Counted from the first letter of the stretch, positions 9,577-21,744 are shown. The stretch: DNA of 64,000 nucleotides from Mycobacterium sp. (GCA_044342925.1 JBIIOV010000001.1); one strand, 5' to 3'. Program-made: numbers and translations. The notes: generated by a model not told the origin, from the letters alone.

Positions 9577-10042
9577 GCAGAATGCTGGTCAGCGGATTTA
9601 TCGCGGTGCTACTGGCCGAAGTCGTCGGCGTGCTGCTCGGCTGGCGTTGGGCGCTACCGCTCGGCGGAATCGCGCTGGCGCTGTTCGGGATTCAGCTGAC
9701 CCTGCGGCTGGCCGAGTCCAGGACCGAGGGCGTCCGCGCCGCGTCGGGCGACGACGCCATGGAACCCCTGCTGCGCTGGAAGGCCCAGACCGAGGAACTG
9801 ATCCGCTGGGCGGACGGCACCAGGGGCGACTGGGACCGCCACCTGCGACCCAAGCTGGCCCGCGACTTCCTGGTGGCCACTAAGCAGAAGGAGTCCGCCG
9901 CGGTGGCGTCCACCGGCCGGCTGCTGTTCGGTGAACAGCTGTGGCAGTGGGTCGACCCGCAGAACGTGTCGGCGGCCCGCCGCGATGAACCCGGCCCCGG
10001 CCGCGACGCCCTCGACGAAATCCTCAAGAGACTGGAACAGGC

Positions 10043-10046
<4 letters not shown>
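9573..10046 (+). CDS. Small membrane protein, unknown function
   Basis: 157-aa ORF with two N-terminal TM helices. ATGA overlaps with both the upstream and downstream genes. Confidence 0.5.
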
Positions 10047-11017
<971 letters not shown>

Positions 11018-11021
11018 ACGC

Positions 11022-12320
11022 ATGGACGGCACAGATCAGGTCGACACAGATCAGGACGACGAACGGATCGATCTGCGGTTCCGCTGGCGCACAACCGAAT
11101 TGACCAGAGTCCTCTTCGTGTCCGCAGCCGTCGCGCTGGCCGCGGCGCTGATCTCCGGACAGTGGGCGCTGATCGCCTTCGCCGCGCCGCTGCTCGGGGT
11201 GCTGTCCAGCGTGCACTGGCAGCGGCCGGTGTCGCCGATGTCGGTGCGGTGCACACCGGACACGCTGCGCTGCTTCGAGGGCGATCGGGAGCAGATCATG
11301 GTCGAACTCTCCGGCAGTGCCGAATACGCCGACGGGGAGGCCGTGACGCTGGCCGTCACCGCCCCCGACGGCATGGCGGTCGAGCTGCTCGACTCCGATG
11401 AACCGCAGCGCAGCGGAGTCGCCCTCACCGCCGAGCGCTGGGGGCGCTACCCGCTCACCGCGCGCGTCGACGTCGTCGCCTCCGGTGGGCTGCTGGCGGG
11501 GTCGGCCGCCGCGCCGGTGGGGCAGGCGTTCGTCTTCCCGCTGGTTCCGCCGCCGTCGACGGCGATGCCGCGCACCGAGATGCTCGACCGCATCGGCACC
11601 CACCTGACCCGCCACGTCGGCCCCGGCGTGGAGTACGCCGACATCCGCGCCTATGTGCCCGGTGACCAGCTGCGCACCGTCAACTGGTCGGTCAGCGCCC
11701 GCCGCGGGGTGCTGCACGTCACCCAGCGGCTCACCGACCGGTCCCTCGATGTCGTCGTGCTGGTGGACCTGAGCGCCCAGCCGCCCGGCCCGGCCACCGC
11801 CGCCACCCAGCGTGCCGCCGAAGGTGCGCTGCAGGTGGTGCAGTCGGCGTTGCGCAGCGGCGACCGCGCCGGCGTGGTCGGGCTCGGCGGTCAGCAGCCC
11901 CGCTGGCTGGGCGCCGACATCGGCCAGCGGCAGTTCTACCGGATCCTCGACGCCGTGCTCGGCGCCGGCGCCGACTTCCGGAGCGTGGACGGCACGCTGG
12001 CCCCGCGGGTCGCCGTCCCCCCGGGTGCGGTGATCATCGCCTTCTCGACGCTGCTCGACGCGGCGTTCGGCTTGGCGCTGATGGACCTCTCCCAGCGCGG
12101 CCACGTCGTGGTGGTCGTCGATGTGCTCGAAGGCTGCCCGCTCGGCGACGACGAAGACCCGATCCTGCAACGGATGTGGGGGCTGCAGCGCGCGGCGATG
12201 TACCGCGATATGCGGATGGTCGGGGTGGAAGTGGTGAACTGGCCGGCTGACCTCACCCTCGACGTGGCGATGCGGCTGCTGCCGCAGATGCGGGTCCGAT
12301 CCACCCGGCGGCGCCGATGA
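11022..12320 (+). CDS. DUF58 (vWA-like) protein
   Basis: ATG 11022 lies within track ORF 10962..12320. The DUF58 signature YADIRAYVPGDQLRTVNWSVSARRG is present. The vWA-like strand VVVLVDLSAQ has an incomplete MIDAS motif (DxSxQ). Confidence 0.85.
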   Translation: MDGTDQVDTDQDDERIDLRFRWRTTELTRVLFVSAAVALAAALISGQWALIAFAAPLLGVLSSVHWQRPVSPMSVRCTPDTLRCFEGDREQIMVELSGSAEYADGEAVTLAVTAPDGMAVELLDSDEPQRSGVALTAERWGRYPLTARVDVVASGGLLAGSAAAPVGQAFVFPLVPPPSTAMPRTEMLDRIGTHLTRHVGPGVEYADIRAYVPGDQLRTVNWSVSARRGVLHVTQRLTDRSLDVVVLVDLSAQPPGPATAATQRAAEGALQVVQSALRSGDRAGVVGLGGQQPRWLGADIGQRQFYRILDAVLGAGADFRSVDGTLAPRVAVPPGAVIIAFSTLLDAAFGLALMDLSQRGHVVVVVDVLEGCPLGDDEDPILQRMWGLQRAAMYRDMRMVGVEVVNWPADLTLDVAMRLLPQMRVRSTRRRR

Positions 12321-12772
12321 AGAACCCCGCGGTGCTGTTCTCCCCGGCGTTCGGCGCGCTGATGGTCGCTGCGGCCGCCCGCCCGGGGAGCATCTGGGCC
12401 CTGGCCGCTCTGGGACTCGCCGCCGCCGCGGTGCTGGCCGGGGTGTTCGACCGCCGTGCCGCGGTCACCGCGGTGGTGCTCACCGTCGCCGGCGTCACCC
12501 TGAGCGACGTCGGGCCGTTGTTCGCCGCGGTGTCCGGGCTGTCCGCCGCGGCGTATCTGCTCGCCCGGTACTCGGCGGAGGCGGTCACGCTGACCACCCC
12601 GACGATGCTGGGCATGTGCGGCTTCGCGGTGGCCGGGGCGGCGGCGACCGCGCTGCCGATGCGGCTCACCTGGGTACCACTGGTGGCCCCGGCGATCATG
12701 GCCGCCCTCCTCATCGTGGCGGTGGCTCCGCTCGTCGCCCGCCCCGGCGTGACACCGGACCCACCCGGTTAG
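12317..12772 (+). CDS. Polytopic small membrane protein
   Basis: 151-aa ORF, almost entirely hydrophobic. ATGA overlap with the DUF58 gene. cobN starts 13 nt downstream. Confidence 0.55.
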   Translation: MKNPAVLFSPAFGALMVAAAARPGSIWALAALGLAAAAVLAGVFDRRAAVTAVVLTVAGVTLSDVGPLFAAVSGLSAAAYLLARYSAEAVTLTTPTMLGMCGFAVAGAAATALPMRLTWVPLVAPAIMAALLIVAVAPLVARPGVTPDPPG

Positions 12773-12785
12773 GTACGAATAACGC

Positions 12786-15700
12786 GTGCCCCCACCCACC
12801 GTCCTGCTGCTGTCCACCTCGGACACCGACCTGATCACCGCCCGCGCCTGCGGTGCGGCCTACCGCTGGGCCAACCCGTCCCGGCTGGTCGACGGCGAAT
12901 TGACCGAGCTGCTCGACGGCGTCGGTGCGGTGGTGGTGCGGGTTCTCGGCGGCTACCGCGCCTGGCCCGACGGCATCGACACCCTCGCCGGCACCGGGCT
13001 GCCCGTCGTGGTGGTCAGCGGCGAACAGGCGCCCGACGCCGACCTGATGCAACGCTCCACAGTGCCGGCGGGCATCGCCGTGCAGACGCACACCTACCTG
13101 GCGCAGGGCGGCATGGAGAACCTGCGGCAGCTGCACGCCTTCCTCTGCGACACCCTGCTGATGACCGGGTTCGGCTTCGCCCCGCCGGCCGAGACCCCGC
13201 CCTGGGGAGTGCTGGAACGCACCTGCCCGACCGCCGCCGGTTGCCCGTCAGCGGAGTTGACCGGCACCCCCTGCTTCCCGGCGCTGGTCCGCGGCGCTGT
13301 GGGGCACCGGGAGGAGGCCGACGGTCCCACCGTCGCGGTCCTGTTCTACCGCGCCCAGCAGCTGGCCGGCAACACCGCCTACATCGAGGCGCTGTGCTGT
13401 GCCATCGAACGGGCCGGCGGCCGGCCGCTGCCGGTGTACTGCACCTCGCTGCGCAACCCGCCAGCCGATCTGCTGGAGCTGCTGACGCACGCCGACGCGA
13501 TGGTGGTCACCGTGCTGGCCGCCGGCGGCGCCACCCCGGCGGCGGTGGGCGCCGGCGGCGACGACGGCGGGTGGGACGTCACCCACCTTGCCGCCCTGGA
13601 CATTCCGATCCTGCAAGGGCTGTGTCTGACCAGTTCGCGGGCCCGCTGGTCGGCCAACGATGACGGCCTGAGCCCCCTGGACGTCGCCACCCAGGTGGCG
13701 GTGCCCGAGTTCGACGGTCGCATCATCACCGTCCCGTTCTCCTTCAAGGAGATCGACGCCGACGGCCTCATCTCGTATGTCCCGGACCCGGAGCGCTGCA
13801 GCCGGGTCGCCGGCCTGGCCGTGAACCATGCGCGCCTTCGCCGCGTTCCGCCGGCCGACAAGCGGCTGGCCCTGATCTTCTCCGCCTACCCGACCAAGCA
13901 CGCCCGCATCGGCAACGCCGTCGGCCTGGACACCCCGGCCAGCGCCATCGCGCTGCTGAAAGCATTGCGGGACAACGGCTACGACATCGGCGAGGTGCCC
14001 GGGCTGGATGCCTCCGATGGCGATGCCCTGATGCACGCCCTGATCGAGCGCGGCGGCCAGGACCCGGACTGGCTGACCGACGGCCAACTTGCCGGCAACC
14101 CCATCCGCATCCCCGCCGCCCGCTACCGCGAATGGTTCGACGCGCTGCCCACCGACCTGGCCGACGCCATGGTGGAGCAGTGGGGGCCTGCCCCTGGCGA
14201 GTTGTACGTCGATCGCAGCTCGGTCGATAGAAACGGGGACCCAGACGGCGAAATCGTCGTCGCGGCAATGCAATCCGGCAACGTGGTGATCGTGGTGCAG
14301 CCCCCGCGCGGCTTCGGGGAGCGGCCAGTGGCCATCTACCACGACCCCGACCTGCCGCCGAGTCACCACTACCTGGCCACCTATCTGTGGCTGCGCCACG
14401 AGTTCGGTGCGCACGCCGCGGTCCATCTGGGCAAGCACGGCAACCTGGAGTGGCTGCCCGGAAAGACCCTGGGCATGTCCGCGGACTGCGCGCCGGACGC
14501 GGCTCTGGGCGACCTGCCGCTGATCTACCCGTTCCTGGTCAACGACCCCGGTGAGGGCACCCAGGCCAAGCGCCGCGCGCACGCCACCCTGGTCGACCAC
14601 CTCATCCCGCCGATGGCGCGCGCGGAGGCCTACGGCGACATCTCCCGGCTGGAGCAACTGCTCGACGAGCACGCCAACGTCGCGACCCTGGACCCGGTCA
14701 AGCTGCCCGCCATCCGCCAGCAGATCTGGACGCTGATGCGGGCGGCCAAGATGGACCACGATCTCGGCCTGGCCGAACGCCCCGAGGACGACCACTTCGA
14801 CGACATGCTGCTGCACGTCGACGGCTGGCTGTGCGAGATCAAGGATGTGCAGATCCGCGACGGCCTGCACATCCTGGGCGCGGCGCCGGTCGGATCCTCC
14901 GAGCTGGACCTGGTGCTGGCGATCCTGCGGGCCAGCCAGCTGTTCGGCGGCGACCAGCACCTGCCGGGCCTGCGGCAGGCGCTGGGCCTGGCCGAGGACG
15001 GCACCGACGACCGGGCCAGCGTCGACGAGGCCGAGGAGCGGGCCCGTGCCCTGGTGGGCGCGCTGCAAGCCTCCGGCTGGGATGCCGCCCGGGTGGACGA
15101 GATCACCGACGACCCGGCGGTCGCACCGATCCTGCGCTTCGCGGCGCAGGAGGTAGTGCCCCGACTGGCCGGCACCGCCCGCGAGATCGACCAGGTGCTG
15201 CGCGCGCTGGAGGGCCGCTACATCGCCGCCGGGCCGTCCGGGTCGCCGCTGCGCGGTCTGGTCAACGTGCTGCCCACCGGCCGCAACTTCTACTCGGTGG
15301 ACCCCAAGGCCATGCCGTCGCGACTGGCCTGGGAAACCGGTGTGGCCATGGCGGATTCGCTGCTGGAACGCTACCGCGCCGACTACGGCGACTGGCCGCG
15401 CTCGGTGGGCCTGTCGGCGTGGGGCACCTCGGCGATGCGGACCTCCGGCGACGACATCGCCGAGATTTTGGCGCTGCTGGGGGTGCGGCCGTTGTGGGAC
15501 GAGGCGTCGCGGCGGGTGGTCGACCTCACCGTGATCCCGCTGGACGAGCTGGGCCGGCCCCGCATCGACGTCACCGTCCGGATCTCCGGGTTCTTCCGGG
15601 ACGCCTTCCCGCACGTGGTCACCATGCTCGACGACGCCGTTCGGCTGGTCGCCGGCCTCGACGAGTCCGCGGAGGACAACTACGTCCGCGCCCACGTCCA

Positions 15701-16460
15701 GGCCGACCTCGCCGACAATCACGACGAACGACGCGCCACCACAAGGATTTTCGGCTCCAAGCCGGGCACCTATGGCGCCGGGCTGCTGCAGCTCATCGAC
15801 AGCCGCAACTGGCGTGACGACGCCGACCTGGCTGAGGTCTACACCGCCTGGGGTGGTTTCGCGTACGGCCGGGGCCTGGACGGCCGGCCGGCAGCTGAGG
15901 ACATGCAGCACCAGTACCGACGGATCATGGTGGCCGCCAAGAACACCGACTGCCGTGAGCACGACATCGCCGACTCCGACGACTACTTCCAGTACCACGG
16001 CGGGATGGTCGCCACCGTGCGGGCGCTCACCGGGCAGTCACCGGCGGCCTACATCGGCGACAACACCCGCCCCGACGCGGTGCGCACCCGCACCCTCAAC
16101 GAGGAGACCAACCGGGTGTTCCGGTCGCGGGTGGTCAACCCGCGCTGGATGGCCGCCATGCGCCGGCACGGCTACAAGGGCGCCTTCGAGATGGCCGCCA
16201 CGGTGGACTACCTGTTCGGCTACGACGCGACCGCTGGTGTGATGGCGGACTGGATGTACGAGGAACTCACCGCTCAGTACGTGCTGGACCCGCAGAACCG
16301 GAAGTTCCTGGGGGAGTCCAACCCGTGGGCGCTGCACGGCATGGCCGAACGGTTGCTGGAGGCCGCCGGCCGCGGGATGTGGGAGAAACCCGAACAGGCG
16401 ACGCTGGATTCACTGCGTCAGGTGCTCCTGGAGACCGAAGGCGACCTCGAAGCACGCTAG
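12786..16460 (+). CDS. cobN: Cobaltochelatase large subunit CobN
   Basis: 1224-aa ORF. CobN/Mg-chelatase H family motifs run throughout (LHLGKHGNLEWLPGK, LIYPFLVNDPGEG, VNVLPTGRNFYS, NPRWM). Confidence 0.95.
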   Translation: MPPPTVLLLSTSDTDLITARACGAAYRWANPSRLVDGELTELLDGVGAVVVRVLGGYRAWPDGIDTLAGTGLPVVVVSGEQAPDADLMQRSTVPAGIAVQTHTYLAQGGMENLRQLHAFLCDTLLMTGFGFAPPAETPPWGVLERTCPTAAGCPSAELTGTPCFPALVRGAVGHREEADGPTVAVLFYRAQQLAGNTAYIEALCCAIERAGGRPLPVYCTSLRNPPADLLELLTHADAMVVTVLAAGGATPAAVGAGGDDGGWDVTHLAALDIPILQGLCLTSSRARWSANDDGLSPLDVATQVAVPEFDGRIITVPFSFKEIDADGLISYVPDPERCSRVAGLAVNHARLRRVPPADKRLALIFSAYPTKHARIGNAVGLDTPASAIALLKALRDNGYDIGEVPGLDASDGDALMHALIERGGQDPDWLTDGQLAGNPIRIPAARYREWFDALPTDLADAMVEQWGPAPGELYVDRSSVDRNGDPDGEIVVAAMQSGNVVIVVQPPRGFGERPVAIYHDPDLPPSHHYLATYLWLRHEFGAHAAVHLGKHGNLEWLPGKTLGMSADCAPDAALGDLPLIYPFLVNDPGEGTQAKRRAHATLVDHLIPPMARAEAYGDISRLEQLLDEHANVATLDPVKLPAIRQQIWTLMRAAKMDHDLGLAERPEDDHFDDMLLHVDGWLCEIKDVQIRDGLHILGAAPVGSSELDLVLAILRASQLFGGDQHLPGLRQALGLAEDGTDDRASVDEAEERARALVGALQASGWDAARVDEITDDPAVAPILRFAAQEVVPRLAGTAREIDQVLRALEGRYIAAGPSGSPLRGLVNVLPTGRNFYSVDPKAMPSRLAWETGVAMADSLLERYRADYGDWPRSVGLSAWGTSAMRTSGDDIAEILALLGVRPLWDEASRRVVDLTVIPLDELGRPRIDVTVRISGFFRDAFPHVVTMLDDAVRLVAGLDESAEDNYVRAHVQADLADNHDERRATTRIFGSKPGTYGAGLLQLIDSRNWRDDADLAEVYTAWGGFAYGRGLDGRPAAEDMQHQYRRIMVAAKNTDCREHDIADSDDYFQYHGGMVATVRALTGQSPAAYIGDNTRPDAVRTRTLNEETNRVFRSRVVNPRWMAAMRRHGYKGAFEMAATVDYLFGYDATAGVMADWMYEELTAQYVLDPQNRKFLGESNPWALHGMAERLLEAAGRGMWEKPEQATLDSLRQVLLETEGDLEAR

Positions 16461-16469
16461 ATTGGCGGG

Positions 16470-16850
16470 ATGCCCGCCACTTTCGACGACGTGTCCAAGG
16501 CCCAGTACGTGCTGCTGACCACCTTCACCAAGGACGGCCGGCCCAAACCGACCCCGATCTGGATCGCCCGCGACGGTGACCGGGCGGTGGTGATCACCGA
16601 GAAGAACGCCTGGAAGGTCAAGCGCATTCGCAACACCCCGCGCGTCACCCTGGCTGTCTGCGATATGAAAGGCCGGGTCAAGGGTGAGCCGGTGGAGGCG
16701 CTCGCGCGGGTGCTCGACGACTCCGAGACCGACAACGTCTACCGGGCCATCACCAAGCGCTACGGGATCGTCGGCCGGGTGTTCACCATCTTCTCCAAAC
16801 TGCGGGGCGGGGCCGGCCGCACCGTCGGCCTGGAGATCCGTCCCGCCTGA
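16470..16850 (+). CDS. PPOX-class F420-dependent split beta-barrel protein (Rv2061c-like)
   Basis: 126-aa ORF with YVLLTTFTKDGRPKPTPIWIARDGDRAVVIT...KVKRIRNTPRVTLAVCD, typical of the family. Starts 9 nt after cobN. Confidence 0.75.
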   Translation: MPATFDDVSKAQYVLLTTFTKDGRPKPTPIWIARDGDRAVVITEKNAWKVKRIRNTPRVTLAVCDMKGRVKGEPVEALARVLDDSETDNVYRAITKRYGIVGRVFTIFSKLRGGAGRTVGLEIRPA

Positions 16851-17003
16851 CCGGCTCAGCGGTGGATCGACGTCTGTGTCGGCTCTATCGGCTGCCCGCT
16901 GTACCTGGCCGGGTCCTCGGCGCTGCAGTGGCAAAAGTGAGGATCATGCCGCTGAGCAAACCCAGCAGGTAGAAGGTCACCGCGGTGTCTCGCTTCCCCA
17001 TGT

Positions 17004-17094
17004 CCTGCAAATACCCGAAAGTCCTGCAAATACCCGAAAGTCCTGCAAATACCCGAAAGTCCTGCAAATACCCGAAAGTCCTGCAAATACCCGG
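17004..17094. repeat. 19-bp tandem repeat, about 4.8 copies (cctgcaaatacccgaaagt)
   Basis: Perfect copies at 17004-17022, 17023-17041, 17042-17060 and 17061-17079, with a partial copy at 17080-17094. Intergenic. Confidence 0.95.
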
Positions 17095-17160
17095 ACGGCG
17101 GTGACCCAATCGTGACGGCCGGACCGGAACAGCCCCCCGCCCCGAGTCGTTGGATAGAGC

Positions 17161-17694
17161 ATGTTGTCCGATAGGAACATGGTGATGCGACCCTTTCTGC
17201 GCTACGCCGCGCTGTACGTCCTCGTCGAACTCGCAGCGGTGGCGCTGCTGATCTGGGCTGTCGGGGTGGGCTGGACGCTGGTCGTGCTGGCCGCGGTGTT
17301 CCTGGCCGGTGTCCTGCTGGCGGCCTCCCAGCTCAAAGATCAGGTGGCCGGCAGCCGGTTGCTCCTGCGCCAGGTCCGCCGCAACCCGCACGGTGCCGCC
17401 GCCGACGGTGTGCTGATCGGCCTCGGGTCCTTCCTGGTGCTGGTGCCCGGTGTCGTCAGCACCGCCGTCGGCGCCCTCATGCTGGCGCCGGCAACCCGCT
17501 CGACGATGCGCCCGCTGGCGGCCTCGATGGTCAGCCGCGGTGTCGTGCGCGGCGCGCGGGCGGTCAACCTCGATCAGTTCCTGAGCTCGGCGCCCCGCGT
17601 CCGGCGTGGCGACTACATCGACGGCGAAGTCCTCCCCGACGCAGCGGCCCCCCGCCCGGTACGCACCCCCATCTCGCGGCGCGGCGCCGCGTAA
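17161..17694 (+). CDS. fxsA: FxsA-family membrane protein
   Basis: 177-aa ORF. N-terminus RPFLRYAALYVLVELAAVALLIW... plus VLVPGVVSTAVGALMLAP are typical of FxsA. The exact start is uncertain (17161 or 17179/17185). Confidence 0.7.
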   Translation: MLSDRNMVMRPFLRYAALYVLVELAAVALLIWAVGVGWTLVVLAAVFLAGVLLAASQLKDQVAGSRLLLRQVRRNPHGAAADGVLIGLGSFLVLVPGVVSTAVGALMLAPATRSTMRPLAASMVSRGVVRGARAVNLDQFLSSAPRVRRGDYIDGEVLPDAAAPRPVRTPISRRGAA

Positions 17695-17731
17695 CCGTCC
17701 AACTCCCACCCGGCACGGCACACTGATCCGC

Positions 17732-19318
17732 ATGCCCACACTGCTGCTCAACGGCCGTGTGCACAGCCCGTCGCACCCGGACGCCACCGCCATGGCGGTG
17801 CGTGACGGCGTCGTCGCCTGGCTCGGCAGCGACGACGTCGGCCGCGCACAGTTTCCCGAGGCCGAAATCGTCGATCTCGCAGGTGCATTCGTGGCTCCCG
17901 CTTTCGTCGACTGCCACGTCCACCTCACCGGCACCGGCCTGCGTATGACGGGCCTGGACCTCGTCCGCGCCGAGAGTCCCGACCACCTGCTGCGGCTGGT
18001 GGCCGAGCACCTGAGCCGCCACCCGGGAATGCCGGTGTGGGGGTACGGCTGGGACGACACGCACTGGCCGCGCACACCCACCACCGCGGAGGTCGACGCC
18101 GTCGTCGGTGCGGTGCCCGCCTACCTGGCCCGCGTCGACGTCCACTCCGCGCTGGCTTCCACCGCGCTGCGCCAGCTGGTGTCCGGCCTGCCGGCCGTCG
18201 CCGGATACGACGCCGAGCTGCCGCTGACCGCCGACGCTCACCACCTGGTGCGGGCCGAGGCCCGCGGCCTGCTGACCTGGCAGCAGCGTGACGAGGCGCG
18301 CCGGGCAGCCCTCGCCGCGGCCGCCGCGGCCGGCATCGTGGCGGTGCACGAGTGCGCCGGGCCCCAGATCGGCGGGGCCGAGGACTGGCAGGAGATCCGC
18401 GACCTCGATCACGGCGTGGAGGTGGTGGGTTACTGGGGCGAGGCGGTGTCCACCGTCGGCCAGGCCCGCGCGTTGATCGAGGCCACCGGGGCGCGGGGGC
18501 TGGCCGGGGACCTCTTCGTCGACGGATCGCTGGGCTCGCGCACCGCCTGGCTGTGCGAGCCGTATGCCGACGCGCCGGGCTGCACCGGCAGCTGCCACCT
18601 GGACGCCGAGGCCGTCACCGAGCACCTCACGGTCTGCACCGAGGCCGGCGTCACCGCCGGCTTCCACGTCATCGGCGACGCGGCCGTCACCGCCGTCGTC
18701 GACGCCCTCGGTGCGGTCGTCCGCCGCTTCGGCGCCCCGGCGGTGGCCCGGTGCGGGCACCGCCTCGAACACCTGGAAATGGTGTCCGCCGAGCAGGCCG
18801 CCCGGTTGGGTGAGTGGGGAGTGATCGCCAGCATGCAACCCGGCTTCGACGCGCTGTGGGGCGGGGATGACGGCATGTACGCGCGCCGGCTGGGTCCTTC
18901 TCGGGCCGCCGGGCTGAACCCGTTCGCGGTGTTGGCATCGTCGGGGGTGCCGCTGGCTTTCGGCTCGGACAGCCCGGTGACCGTCATGAATCCGTGGTCG
19001 TGGGTGCGTGCGGCCAGCCACCACCAGACCGCCGGCAGCGCCATCTCGGCCCGCGCCGCATTCGCCGCCGCCACCCGGGGAGCGTGGCGGGCGGGCGGCG
19101 TGCGCGACGGTGTCACCGGCACCCTGGTCCCCGGCGCCCCGGCCTCCTACGCGGTGTGGGAGACCGGCGAGCTGGACGTCAGCGCACCCGCCGACAGCGT
19201 GCAGCGCTGGTCCACCGATCCGCGGTCCCGGGTGCCGGAGCTGCCCCGGCTCGATGACGCCGACGCGCTGCCGCGCGCCCGGCAGACCGTGCACCGCGGT
19301 GTGGTGCTGCATGGCTGA
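17732..19318 (+). CDS. Amidohydrolase-3 (YtcJ-like) metal-dependent hydrolase
   Basis: ATG 17732 ([13 protein letters not shown]) lies within track ORF 17606..19318. Motifs [28 protein letters not shown] and GSDSPV are present. Confidence 0.8.
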   Translation: MPTLLLNGRVHSPSHPDATAMAVRDGVVAWLGSDDVGRAQFPEAEIVDLAGAFVAPAFVDCHVHLTGTGLRMTGLDLVRAESPDHLLRLVAEHLSRHPGMPVWGYGWDDTHWPRTPTTAEVDAVVGAVPAYLARVDVHSALASTALRQLVSGLPAVAGYDAELPLTADAHHLVRAEARGLLTWQQRDEARRAALAAAAAAGIVAVHECAGPQIGGAEDWQEIRDLDHGVEVVGYWGEAVSTVGQARALIEATGARGLAGDLFVDGSLGSRTAWLCEPYADAPGCTGSCHLDAEAVTEHLTVCTEAGVTAGFHVIGDAAVTAVVDALGAVVRRFGAPAVARCGHRLEHLEMVSAEQAARLGEWGVIASMQPGFDALWGGDDGMYARRLGPSRAAGLNPFAVLASSGVPLAFGSDSPVTVMNPWSWVRAASHHQTAGSAISARAAFAAATRGAWRAGGVRDGVTGTLVPGAPASYAVWETGELDVSAPADSVQRWSTDPRSRVPELPRLDDADALPRARQTVHRGVVLHG

Positions 19319-20912
19319 GCACCGCGACGTCTTTTCCACGGCGGTGCGGCTGGGCTTGAGCCTGCTCGCCGGCCTGCTGTTGTGCGTGAGCTTCCCGCCG
19401 GTCGGCTGGTGGTGGGCGGCGGTACCCGCGCTGGCCCTGCTGACCTGGGTGCTGGTGCACCCGCGCACCACGCTGGCCGGCGGGTTCGGCTACGGGCTGG
19501 CATTCGGCGTCGCGTTCTACCTTCCCCTGCTGCCCTGGATCAGCGGGCTGGTCGGTGCCGGGCCGTGGCTGGCGTTGGCATTTATGGAGGCGTTGTTTCC
19601 GGCCGCGTTCGGGGTGTTCGCGGTGCTGGTCAGCCGGCTGCCGGGCTGGCCGCTGTGGCTGGCCTGCCTGTGGTCGATGCAGGAATGGCTCAAGTCCAGC
19701 GTTCCCTTCGGCGGATTCCCTTGGGGCGTAACAGCGTTCGGGCAGACGAACGGACCTTTCCTGCCGTTGGCGCAGTGGGGCGGCGCCCCGCTGGTGTCGT
19801 TCGCCGTCGCCCTGCTGGCGACCTCGCTCTGCGCGCTGGCAGTGGCCGCCGTCCGGCGGCCGGCCGGCGAACGCCGCCCGGGCGTGCTGGTGCCGGCGCT
19901 CGTCAGCATCGGCGCGGTGCTGCTGAGCACTGCGCTGGCCGCGCCGGCGGTGCGCCGCACTGCCGCCGCCGACGGCCCGGCGATCACGGTCGCGGCCGTG
20001 CAGGGCAACGTGCCGCGCCTCGGGCTGGAGTTCAACGCCCAGCGCCGGGCGGTGCTGGACAACCACGTGCGCCAGACGCTGCAACTGGCCGACGACGTCG
20101 AAGCCGGGAAGGCGCCCAAGCCGAAGTTCGTGATCTGGCCGGAGAACTCCTCCGATATCGACCCGCTGGCCAATACCGATGCCGCCGAACAGATTCGCGT
20201 CGCTTCTCGGGCGATCGGAGCGCCGATTCTGGTCGGCGCGGTGGTCTCAATGCCCGAGACCACGCCCGACAACCCGGCGGCCTCCAACACCGTCATCGTC
20301 TGGGATCCCGCCACTGGACCGGGGGAGCGGCACGACAAGCAGATCGTGCAGCCGTTCGGTGAGTACCTGCCGTGGCGGTCCTTCTTCGCCAAGCTGTCCT
20401 CCTACGCCGACCGCGCCGGGTACTTCGTGCCGGGCAGCGGCACCGGCGTGGTCAGTCCGGCCGGCGTCCCGGTCGGGGTGGCCACCTGCTGGGAGGTCAT
20501 CTTCGACCGCGCGCTGCGCCAGTCGGTGCGCAACGGCGCCCAGATCCTCGCGGTGCCGAGTAACAACGCCACCTTCGATCAGGCGATGAGCGAGCAGCAA
20601 CTCGCCTTCGCCCGGTTGCGGGCGGTCGAGCACGGCCGATTCGCGATCGTGGCGGGAACCGTCGGCATCAGCGCGGCGTTCGCTCCCGACGGCCGGGAAT
20701 TGGCCCGGACGGCCTTTTTCACCCCGGCCTACCTCGACGTCGGCGTCCGGCTGCTGACGGCACGGACCCCGGCCACCCAATGGACGGTTGTGCTGCAGTG
20801 GCTGCTGGTTGCGGCCGCGGTCGCCGCGATCGGCGCGGCGATATTGCAGAATGGTGGTTTCGTGCGGCCGCCGCACAGCCGGCGTAGCAATCCAGTCAAA
20901 GGAGTCGCATGA
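19311..20912 (+). CDS. lnt: Apolipoprotein N-acyltransferase (Lnt / Ppm2-type)
   Basis: ATG 19311 lies within track ORF 19008..20912. Multiple N-terminal TM helices. C-terminal CN-hydrolase domain (FVIWPENS..., [13 protein letters not shown]). ATGA overlap with ppm1. Confidence 0.85.
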   Translation: MAEHRDVFSTAVRLGLSLLAGLLLCVSFPPVGWWWAAVPALALLTWVLVHPRTTLAGGFGYGLAFGVAFYLPLLPWISGLVGAGPWLALAFMEALFPAAFGVFAVLVSRLPGWPLWLACLWSMQEWLKSSVPFGGFPWGVTAFGQTNGPFLPLAQWGGAPLVSFAVALLATSLCALAVAAVRRPAGERRPGVLVPALVSIGAVLLSTALAAPAVRRTAAADGPAITVAAVQGNVPRLGLEFNAQRRAVLDNHVRQTLQLADDVEAGKAPKPKFVIWPENSSDIDPLANTDAAEQIRVASRAIGAPILVGAVVSMPETTPDNPAASNTVIVWDPATGPGERHDKQIVQPFGEYLPWRSFFAKLSSYADRAGYFVPGSGTGVVSPAGVPVGVATCWEVIFDRALRQSVRNGAQILAVPSNNATFDQAMSEQQLAFARLRAVEHGRFAIVAGTVGISAAFAPDGRELARTAFFTPAYLDVGVRLLTARTPATQWTVVLQWLLVAAAVAAIGAAILQNGGFVRPPHSRRSNPVKGVA

Positions 20913-21661
20913 GTAACCAGCCGCCCAGTCGGCGCACCCTGGTGATCATCCCCACGTACAACGAGCTGGAGAACCTGCCTCTGATCCTGGGCAGGGTGCG
21001 CAAGTCGCGTCCGGACGCGCACGTTCTCATCGTCGACGACGGCAGTCCGGACGGCACCGGTGAGCTGGCCGACGAACTGTGCACGGCCGATCCCAAGCAC
21101 GTCCATGTCATGCATCGGACGGCCAAGGACGGCCTCGGCGCGGCGTATCTGGCCGCGTTCGCCTGGGGCCTGGAGCGCGGCTACAGCGTGCTCGTGGAAA
21201 TGGACGCCGACGGCAGTCACGCACCCGAACAGCTCTACCGGCTGCTGGACGCGATCGACGCCGGCGCCGACGTGGCGATCGGCTCCCGCTATGTCGACGG
21301 CGGAACCGTCCGCAACTGGCCCTATCGGCGGCTGGTGCTGTCGAAGACGGCCAACACCTACGCACGGGTGCTGCTGGGTGTGGAGATTCACGACATCACC
21401 GCCGGTTACCGCGCCTACCGCCGGGAGGTGCTGGAGAAGCTGGACCTGGCGACCGTGGAGTCCAAGGGCTACTGCTTCCAGGTGGATCTCACCTGGCGGG
21501 CGATCAACAACGGATTCACCGTCGCCGAGGTGCCGATCACGTTCACCGAGCGCGAGTTGGGTGTGTCGAAGATGAGCGGATCGAACATCCGCGAAGCGAT
21601 GGGAAAGGTCGCCCAGTGGGGGATCGGCGGTCGGATCGAACGCCTCCGGGCGCAGCGCTGA
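20909..21661 (+). CDS. ppm1: Polyprenol-monophosphomannose synthase (GT2)
   Basis: 250 aa with [31 protein letters not shown] and ITAGYRAY, a classic DPM1/Ppm1 pattern. Confidence 0.92.
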   Translation: MSNQPPSRRTLVIIPTYNELENLPLILGRVRKSRPDAHVLIVDDGSPDGTGELADELCTADPKHVHVMHRTAKDGLGAAYLAAFAWGLERGYSVLVEMDADGSHAPEQLYRLLDAIDAGADVAIGSRYVDGGTVRNWPYRRLVLSKTANTYARVLLGVEIHDITAGYRAYRREVLEKLDLATVESKGYCFQVDLTWRAINNGFTVAEVPITFTERELGVSKMSGSNIREAMGKVAQWGIGGRIERLRAQR

Positions 21662-21738
21662 CGAGCGCTATCAGCCGCAGCGCTGACGAGCGCTATCAGC
21701 CGCAGCGCTGACGAGCGCTATCAGCCGCAGCGCTGACG
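21656..21738. repeat. 25-bp tandem repeat, 3 full copies plus a degenerate copy (cgctgacgagcgctatcagccgcag)
   Basis: Copies at 21656-21680, 21681-21705 and 21706-21730, followed by cgctgacgcgctagtcagccgcgg. The first copy holds the ppm1 TGA. The degenerate copy holds the rbpA stop on the other strand. Confidence 0.95.
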
Positions 21739-21744
21739 CGCTAG

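Noticed and set aside
13248-15998. 916-aa minus-strand ORF
   Set aside because: Entirely antisense to cobN. Low-complexity Arg/Gly/Val/Gln composition with no recognisable domain.
16885-18084. 399-aa minus-strand ORF spanning the 19-bp repeat and fxsA
   Set aside because: Most of it is antisense to fxsA and the amidohydrolase gene, and it runs through a period-19 repeat. Only its last 38 codons (from ATG 17001) are intergenic. Those are discussed as a low-confidence mini-ORF in the findings.
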